Both the position numbers and the translations under genes were made by a program. Below are positions 50,535-64,000 of a stretch of DNA of 64,000 nucleotides, one piece after another. This stretch comes from Rotaria socialis. Lineage: Eukaryota. The stretch is taken from contig CAJNYD010000003.1 of the NCBI GenBank assembly GCA_905331295.1, positions 1 through 64,000 on the forward strand, in the 5' to 3' direction. Position 1 is the stretch's first letter; every line of letters starts with the position of its first letter. Below the pieces are notes generated by a model. That model made no database searches. It was not told where the DNA came from and saw only the letters and a program-made list of their open reading frames with translations.

Positions 50535-51245
50535 TTAACAAAAATCTTTATCTTTACATTTCACGCAAATATTCATTGAAAGACGTTTTAATCGTTGATC
50601 TAAATCTTCAAGAGTTGTATTTAATTTTAATGAATCTTCTCGACTTTCTAACAATTTTGACCACAGAGACAGATTGATTTCGGAACCTAAATTTTATTTA
50701 AAAAAAAAGAAGATTATTTTTATTTATAAAATGATAATGAAAGAAAACGAAACTATTTGACTCATCATTTATTGACTTGTCTTCTTTCTAGAAAAATGTA
50801 AAGATATGGAAATAAACGCAATTCACAGAATATTTAGAAAGAAAAAAAAAGACCACTAAGTATTCATGTGCTGGTATTGGAGGATGCTTTTGAATTAATT
50901 CTATTAAACATTTATTAAAATAACGTTGATATTTTCGACGACGATTTTTATGACGAACAACAATATTTGATTTCAATTCTTCAGCTTAAAAAAAAGAAAA
51001 ATGAAGTTCGATTTAATTCGAATGAAATACTTTTTATTTGTACCATTATTATTGATATTAATTGATACAGTTTGTGTCGATGCTTGTGTTACATTAATTT
51101 TATTAAAAATAATTGGTATTCGTATATGAGCATGAGAATCTAATGACGGATAAGTTTTTCTAGCTTTTATTCTAGTTGAACTCAAACTACGAAGACGAGT
51201 TCTAAGAATATTCAGAAAACTTTCTTTTTTTCTTGGCCATTCCAT
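50535..51245 (-). CDS. Small basic multi-exon protein of unknown function; last exon has an in-frame TAG (possible pseudogene)
   Basis: MEWPRKKESFLNILRTRLRSLS..., then ...RHKNRRRKYQRYFNKCLIELIQKHPPIPAHEY, then VPKSICLCGQNC*KVEEDSLKLNTTLEDLDQRLKRLS..., separated by intron-like AT tracts. Confidence 0.5.
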
Positions 51246-54122
51246 TATAGACTAATTAGTTAAATGCGCCGTTTTTCTGCTTAGGAATTTTTCTAAACAA
51301 AGCTTGTAGCTACGTAATTTCGTCAAAAGAACCATTTATATGAATAAATTTTCGATATATTATTCAAAATAATATCATCGAAAATTCACATAACTGGGAT
51401 GCAACCAAAATCTCTACAGATTCAAATACAAATGGAAAACTATTGGCTATAATCACTATTGTGTTCTTTTCGAAAACATAAGAACTCGATTATATTGTGT
51501 AACAGGAGAAAAACTGATTCGTCAAAAGTAGTCAAAGAAAATAAAAATTTCAGCTCTTCTTGTTATAAATTGAAGAAAACAATAAAAGCATGAAGTTTTC
51601 ATTCTATTAATGAATTACGAATGTATTACAAGTTAAAATGAAGAGTTTTCTCCATTTCAATGGATATTCACAATTAAGATTTGAACCAGAGTTTCCTATA
51701 CAATGAGATAAGAGTAGGTACTCTTTCCCATCCCATCTCATAGAATCGAATCAAAAGATCTATGATTAAATATTCTTTTTTGACATTCTGATTGTGTTCG
51801 AGACTGATCTTCTTCACTTTGATGTTGTCAAATAATTCTAGTTTTCTAGATATTTTAACGCTTTTTCTCTCACGTAAAAAATATCCGATTTGAATCACAA
51901 GATTGTTTGTCAACGTTAGCGTCAAAATTTTCACAGCATTAACAAGCCACAAACATCAGAAACATCTATGATATTGTGTCCAAAATGAAACTAATTAAAA
52001 TCTTATTTTATTTAAGAAACTGAACTACAATTCAGGACTTTCTAGTTGCTTTTTAATATACTTTAAAAAGGTATACCAAATATTAAGCTCAAAAACAGAA
52101 GACTAACTGAAAATGTTTCCATACATAGATACTCTTAGGCTCATTGTTTAAGATAGTAACAATTCTATATACGTTGATATTTTGTGAATTAAATTTGTGA
52201 TACATCATGCTGAGAAACAATATCAATTTCATACAATGAATCCTATTCAAAATATTTTTCCTTGTTATCCAAATTCTTCGAAAATATATATGATCTGTAT
52301 GCAACAAATACGGCAAGAAAGAAAACAAAGAAAGGTTTTCATAATTAATAAAATTGACGAGAACATAAAATATCCTGCTACTACTGATCGTACCCATACG
52401 CTTATCAGATTCTGTATTTCATCGAATACAGTCTTCATTTTTCATCAAAACAAACAGAATATGCAGTTCCACAAAACGTTCAAAAACCAAAATTTTGTTC
52501 CAACCCATCCTAGTTGGATTTATCATTGTGGGGTTAAAATGCCAAACACGATAAAACTACTTTCCAGAGAGCATCCATAATTGTCTATCAAGTTCATTTA
52601 TTTTGTGACTATTTTTCGTTATTTATTAGATTGAAATGTAAAACTAACGCTACTAAAAAAACCAGCTAATAGAATTATATAGTAAAACAAAAAGGAGTTA
52701 CATATTTAGAACGAACATCATATTATTGAACATACATAGACGTATCAGCCAATTGATTGAACCACCACGAATACTACAACAGACACACGAAGAGAAATTA
52801 GATTTTACGACGATTATTATCAATATTTGAGAATATTTGTTTGCCGAGTTTCTTTTTATTATATTTTCTGCCTTTTTCATTTCAAAATTTCTTTGGGCTA
52901 AGACAGCTTGAAAAAAGGTGCCAAAACCTTTTTGCCATTGTGGTGACGCATTGATTCGTATGTTTAATAATATATCAAGTAATTCAACATCTACACCAAT
53001 GTAAATCTTTGTATTTTTAAGCTCTTTTCACCAGTATTAATCACAAGTTATCATAGATTTTTTTCTAATCAAAAGATGTTCTTAAAGCAATTTCTAGAGA
53101 ATTCTTATACAAAGTTTCTTCTTCACTGAAAGTCTAAAAATTTCGCCGAATAAATATCGTGAAGATGGAACATATGAAGCTTTAGGAATATTTTGCTCAA
53201 AGCAAAAGAAAACTTCCATCATTTTTTTTTCGAACGAGTGAATGAAATGAATCGCTTATCCAAACATTCGTTGGTAGAAATGAGTGTATTTGTGTCTTTT
53301 AAAATTATAAAGTCAATTTTATACTATTTTAATCAAATACAATCACTTGATTGATATAAGTATAATGTTTTTTTATAACAGAAATCGAGTTGCTTGATGA
53401 GAAACATATAAAATTAGATTATTTAACCTATGTCAGTCAAAACAAAATTCAAATAATCTCTATAGATAAAATTTTTAACTTTTCCATGCCCTAGTTCAAA
53501 ATATGAGCATGAGATAATATAATCAGGTATTGATAAACAAAGATGACATCGATTGATTTCAGACAAAAAAACACTTTTATTTCGTTGCGTAATTTCCTAA
53601 TAGAATTAATAACACAACTCTATGATTTTTATCGTTCATGAAACGTAATATTATGCAATAGAATTGATTATATAAAAATTTAAAAAAGAAAATGCAACAA
53701 ATCGAGGGTTTCATAAAAATTAATAATACAAATGATAGAGATCATTTCATATTAGTTTGATTATGAAGTTAATCTTACGTTAGTTTGACGATCTTCTGAT
53801 GTTTATTTTCTGTTTTATTTCATATTGAAATCTGTTTGATAGAAAATATCAGATTATTTTTCTAATTTGATTTCTTGCAACATTTATAATGAAATTGAAA
53901 TTGCAAAATAAAAAATAAACAATAGATAAAAGATAAAAGATAAAAGACAATAGATCAATTGAAGTTTCATCTTCAATTAAAGATTCAGAAAACTTTTTAT
54001 ATCTCTAACAGAAATTTTATTTATTGTTCAACTAGAAAAAAGTTAAAAATGAATTGATTATGTTAAATCATTTCATCGCGTATAGAAACAAATAACGAAT
54101 AGTTTATTAAACGAACACATTA

Positions 54123-55202
54123 TTAAGCGTGATAGTTATCTACATATGTTGTTTCATTCCTTTCTGATCGTTGTTGTGACGTTTGAGAAGAATGCTTAGT
54201 TTCAATTTTATATCCTAACTCTTCTAAATCCTTAGTTACAACATTAAAAACAACTTGTACATAACCATGAGATTGTACTCGTGTCACTGAAAACAAAAGC
54301 GTTACTGCATAATTTAAAGAATCAACGTTAATAATTCGATTTATTTTACTTTCTCGTCCAGCATTGAAAGCGATAACTTTTGGATCAACAAATTCTGGCC
54401 GGCGACCAAAAAACCAAGCTAAAAATTGTTGAAATCGAGATGATGAACGTGGAACAAACAGCGGAATTCGAATACGATGTCTTTAAATAAAAAATAAGAA
54501 AAAATAAAATATAAAATTAAGAAACTTACCGTCCTGGACTGATTGGTATATAAGTTGTACCATAACCTCGAACAACATCATTTCCAAAAGCATCTAAACC
54601 ATAGCCACTAATAACTAATTGTGGCCCTAAAATAATACAAATCAAAATAATTTTTCTGTTAAAAAATTTTTTTTTTCTGTAAATACAAACATCCAAAAGG
54701 ATTTGTTGCTCGAAATGTAGCTTCTAATGGAAAATTAAAAACTATTTTTGATCCAAGTTGTACGCTTTTATGTGCAATTTGTGTTGTTCCTTCTTCAAGA
54801 CCCTTAAAAACAGAATCTATGCTATAATATTTATAAATCTATTAACATACAGAGCAAATTTTCCAATCTTTTCCAATAACATAAGAAAAACGAAGATAGA
54901 GATCATCGAAATCATTGACCTATTTCGAGTGCAAAGAAAATATTAAAATAAATTGTGTTAAAAGGAATTTTAACTCGTACCTCAGCATTTTCAATGGCTC
55001 CATTAACAAATACAAGAAAGCTCGTTGGTTTCGTATTCATTTTTCTTACAGATGAACAGTAAATTTATGAATGAATTACTCATTATGGTTGATCATCGTT
55101 ATGAAACGACCTCCCTCAACAGAACGATAATTTTCGATTTATTTTGTCGATTATTTGCGACATCTTTTTTTATGATTTTTCTGTTATTATTTAAATTACC
55201 AT
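54123..55202 (-). CDS. B9D1: B9 domain-containing protein 1 (ciliary transition zone MKS module); start either a lone-ATG exon at 55202 or the ATG at 55083
   Basis: Exons read [13 protein letters not shown] / [16 protein letters not shown] / GLEEGTTQI...[16 protein letters not shown] / [22 protein letters not shown]...PISPG / [19 protein letters not shown] / [25 protein letters not shown]. Absent from the ORF track because all exons are short. Confidence 0.95.
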
Positions 55203-55575
55203 TTTGATGTCATGTCTACTAGTTTCATTGATAGCTTGTTCATTGCTTGAAATAATAGTTATTGTGTATATGTAACGGTATTTTTGTTCTATTTTTAATC
55301 AAATAAAAATGAACATATAAAATTGATTGAAAAATAATAAAGATTCATGTTGCAAACGTAAATATTGAGGAAAGAAAAAAAAAACAAAGCAGAAATGAAA
55401 CATTACTTAAAACAAACTTCGTTGAAGAAAAATGAAAAGAAAATAAAGTCAGTGAGGAAGAATTTTCGTGTCCAGTACATTTTTTTTCTTTTCGTTCCCA
55501 AGCATTAATGCCGATCAAGCCAATGATCATGAGAATATTTTTTCTAAAACTTTAAAAGAAAATAAACAATCAAGT

Positions 55576-60805
<5,230 letters not shown>

Positions 60806-62249
60806 TCGATCGGTGGCTTAATTCAATTCAAAAAGGAGAAGCGTTCTTTCATTTTTTTTTGTACAGAACACCGATTTATATCTTTTGTTATTCCATTTTT
60901 TTTCTTTCTTAATAATTTATCAAGATTTTTTTTCAATTTAATCATTGAACGTTGTTTTAGGCTAATTAACAGCGAAAAAAAAGAATTAGAAATTGATAAT
61001 TTTCATTGAACATAATGAAATAACTTGGAGAAAAAAGACCGTTGTATGACATATCCGATCAGCATGCATTAAATTCTAAGTTACGAGAAAAATTCGAAAT
61101 AGAATCAATTCGAATCAGGATTTCATTTTCTATTGAAGGTTCAGTATTTTTTTCTCTTGCTTAAAGCTATTTCATTGAAAACAAATAATTGACGGCGAAC
61201 AAAAAGAATTGACCTTTGTGCAAAAATCGAAGTGAAAAAATGTTAGTTCGTGTGTTTGATGCTTTTTTCGAATACATTGATGTCATTGAAGAAGGTCAAA
61301 AAGCACTCTGTCAGAACAATGACAATGTAATGCTCTTCCACAATGAATATAAAGATCTTGCTTTCATGTATTTACAGTCTCTCCTAGCTATCAAGAAGTA
61401 TTGAAATTGAATTGAAAGTGTTACTTGTATTAAGAACAGTAGACAACTTGTTTATCTGTTTTGGATAAATTCTTTGAATGAGATTCTATCGCATGATGAA
61501 TTTAAATCGCTAAAAGGTGAAAAAACCAAAGTTCGAAGGATTACTCTTCATTCGAGAAAAGCGAGAAAAAGTTGTCTTTTTTTAACGTTTGATATTTAAT
61601 GTAACAGATTTCGATTATTTATAATCAGCTACAAATAAAAAAAGGAAAACGTTAGTTATTTTATAAAATCAGTATCATATACGGCACTCTTTCTACAAAA
61701 GAAGTTCTCGCAGATTTGATTGCAATTATTTTCACCGAAATTAAACAAAATAAAAAATTCGATACATCGATCATCTTCTGTTTGTCCGTTGCAAACATTC
61801 GAAGTCGAAAAAGTAATGCATAGTTAGCAAGTATATGAGTGTCTGATTGAAGTTTATTCTTTTTGACTTTCGTTAGTAATTCATCAATGAACGAAAATTG
61901 CTGTTAGAATATGTTTTGCATAGACTTTCGGAACATAGCTAGTTCTGATTGCGATGTATTCATTTTTAGAAGACTAGAGAATATTCTTTCTTTTCTGCTT
62001 TCTTTATTCATATAAAAAGAAAAATGAAAAAAGTTCCTGCTAAATGAATGATGATCGTCTATGTATGATTGACAACTAGATATTCTCTATTTGCTTGTTA
62101 TTGACAAGTAGAGAATATTGATCTTTCATTAGAAATAAAATCAATATTTGAACAAAAAGAAAAAAAATTGATCATTTATTTAAAGAAGATACATTCTACT
62201 TCTCTGCTTTATTACTAAGCGAACTATCAATAATTATATAGGATACGCG

Positions 62250-63645
62250 ATGGATATTAGTCATTGCACACAAACGAACAATTATTTTATTGTTGTAATT
62301 AACTTATGTTTACTGATCCAAGGTTCAGCTTTTTATTTAATTTTAGTACAAAAACAAATTTCAAATTTTCTTTCGTTAATATTTAGGTCAATTTTATTTA
62401 CCACATGTGTGTTTCATGACGTTTGATACGGTATCGATAACGTCTGATCCATTGAATTCAAATGCAACGTACGTTGATTTTATTTTGTAACTTCTCTAAA
62501 TTTCATATTCTTAGTATATTTATATGTCCATCATCATGTTATACAATGCAATATCTAGCTAATCAGCAAGAATATCCCTTATTTGGTAATGAGACATATT
62601 CAGGAGTAAGTTAACATATTCAAATGCTGTAAAAAAAAGTTAAAAATAAAATTTCTCAAGAATTCATTAATTTGTAAATCAGCTTTACACGATGGTCGTA
62701 TCGCACCTTGGCAGCAAGACAACTCTACATTAACAATAAGTAATAGATCATCTCAATCATCAACATTTATAAGTAGTCTTAGAAATGGGATTCTATCAGG
62801 TAAATTAATTGGCAATCCGTATTTCGTTTACCGATTTCTAAATCATCGAATAAATGGTAAGAATTTATTAAATTCTATTTAAAAAATAAAACAAAAATGT
62901 CCTTATCTAGAAACATCAATACCCGATGTAGCTATAGAACATCGTGGATATATTTACTCTCAAAATCAATCATCAAGTATAACATGTAGAAGTAAATCAA
63001 ATTTATATCCAATTCAATCGATTAATATGGATCATGGATGTATATCATTTTTACTATTAGTAAAAGAACATCATTTTAGAAATAATTTCTTTTTAAGGGA
63101 AATATTGGAAAGAAAATCGTTTGAAATATTTTACAATTCCTCGAATTTACACCAGAAATCAATCTTTAAACTTTTGTTTGAACAATAACGGAACATTAAT
63201 GTATTGGGCGAATTCAACGGAACAAGAAATCCTTCAAAGTAAAATTGTGTATCATCAATTATTCCTTTTAAGGAAAACAAATATCTTTATCTGTTTTAAA
63301 ATAGGCATTCTTCTGACAACAATTCATCAATTATTTCATTTTCAAAGAACCTCACTTAGTAATAATACATTAACTTTTTTTATTGGCTTAAAACAAATTA
63401 ATCGAATTAAACGATGGGAATCGAATGTAAGATTTCTTTTAAAAATATTGCTCGATGTTTCTATTCTAAAATCATATTTTCTAAATGATTTCATCAATAA
63501 GATAAGACACAAAAGTAGCGAAGAAAAACCACTTCAACTTTTCGATGCAGTATCGCTCTATAGTTCTTCCGTTTTAACTAAATTATTTTGTGTGACTACG
63601 CTACTATTACCAGGAAATGAAAGTGAATTTTGGAATATTTTGTAA
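62250..63645 (+). CDS. LCCL-domain secreted/membrane protein, multi-exon; 3' end uncertain and may continue past the window
   Basis: Spliced exons give a hydrophobic leader YFIVVINLCLLIQG, then C...FICPSSC...LFGNETYSGNSLICKSALHDGRI...FISSLRNGILS, matching the LCCL pattern CP-x-x-C...G-x-x-x-Y...S-x-IC-x-AA-x-H-x-G...S-x-RNGI-x-S. Confidence 0.75.
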
Positions 63646-64000
63646 TTGTAAATGTTTTTAATTTTAAAAAGTATGCAAAACTTTTATCTAATGAAATAAA
63701 ACTAAGTTACAGACATACTTAATCAAAATTGTTATTAAAAATATTCATAGAGATCAACCGATATGAATTCGAAAGAGAAAAATAAGAATTTCAATTTTTC
63801 TATGTAAAATTTCATCTTTATATAACATGCGATTGTTGAACATCATTTGTATGATATATCCGTATTCTCATTTCTCATCGTATAAGTATCAAATATTTAC
63901 ATTTGTAAATTATGAGAGAATGTCCTTAATAAACTCGAATACTAGTTTTTTCATAAAAAAATTTCTTTAGGCTATTTCGTATAATGAATCATTGGGAATA

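Noticed and set aside
51350..53250. ORFs 51674-51952, 52089-52397, 52197-52580 and 52698-52880
   Set aside because: No motifs, mostly non-ATG starts and frequent stops nearby; possibly old pseudogene or TE debris, but not supportable.
61216..61820. Coding-like fragments after DYRK
   Set aside because: Interrupted by stops; no recognisable family.

Overview
AT-rich eukaryotic DNA with many short (about 50-70 nt) GT-AG introns. The gene families present (F-box/LRR-like family, stand-alone ART/TPR-type N-terminal domain, gag-like LINE ORF1) suggest a bdelloid rotifer; this is inference, not a database result. Genes, left to right: a multi-exon protein of about 13 tandem PLAT/LH2 domains (about 1.2-10 kb, +); ARMH1 (-); a probable small secreted-peptide gene (16.2-16.9 kb, +); two tandem paralogous type II membrane glycosyltransferase-like genes, one with introns and one without; an equilibrative nucleoside transporter (-); a 39-aa single-TM micropeptide ORF (-); the 5' part of a LINE retrotransposon running into a 100-N gap; a frameshifted F-box gene with a transposon in intron 1; a small pseudogene; RFX (-); L-gulonolactone oxidase (-); a small gene with an internal stop; B9D1 (-) head-to-head with a class 2 DYRK kinase (+); and an LCCL-domain gene. 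Several MITEs/non-autonomous DNA transposons are also present. Best leads: (1) the poly-PLAT protein appears to have an N-terminal hydrophobic segment, a Cys pair in every repeat and a three-domain block duplication, unlike cytosolic LOXHD1; (2) the LINE ORF2 starts with a PAM2-like PABP-binding motif; (3) the intron-containing/intronless glycosyltransferase pair; (4) small peptide genes the ORF track misses; (5) X-box-like sites upstream of RFX itself and of neighbouring cilia-linked genes. All exon structures were read by eye and need RNA-seq confirmation.
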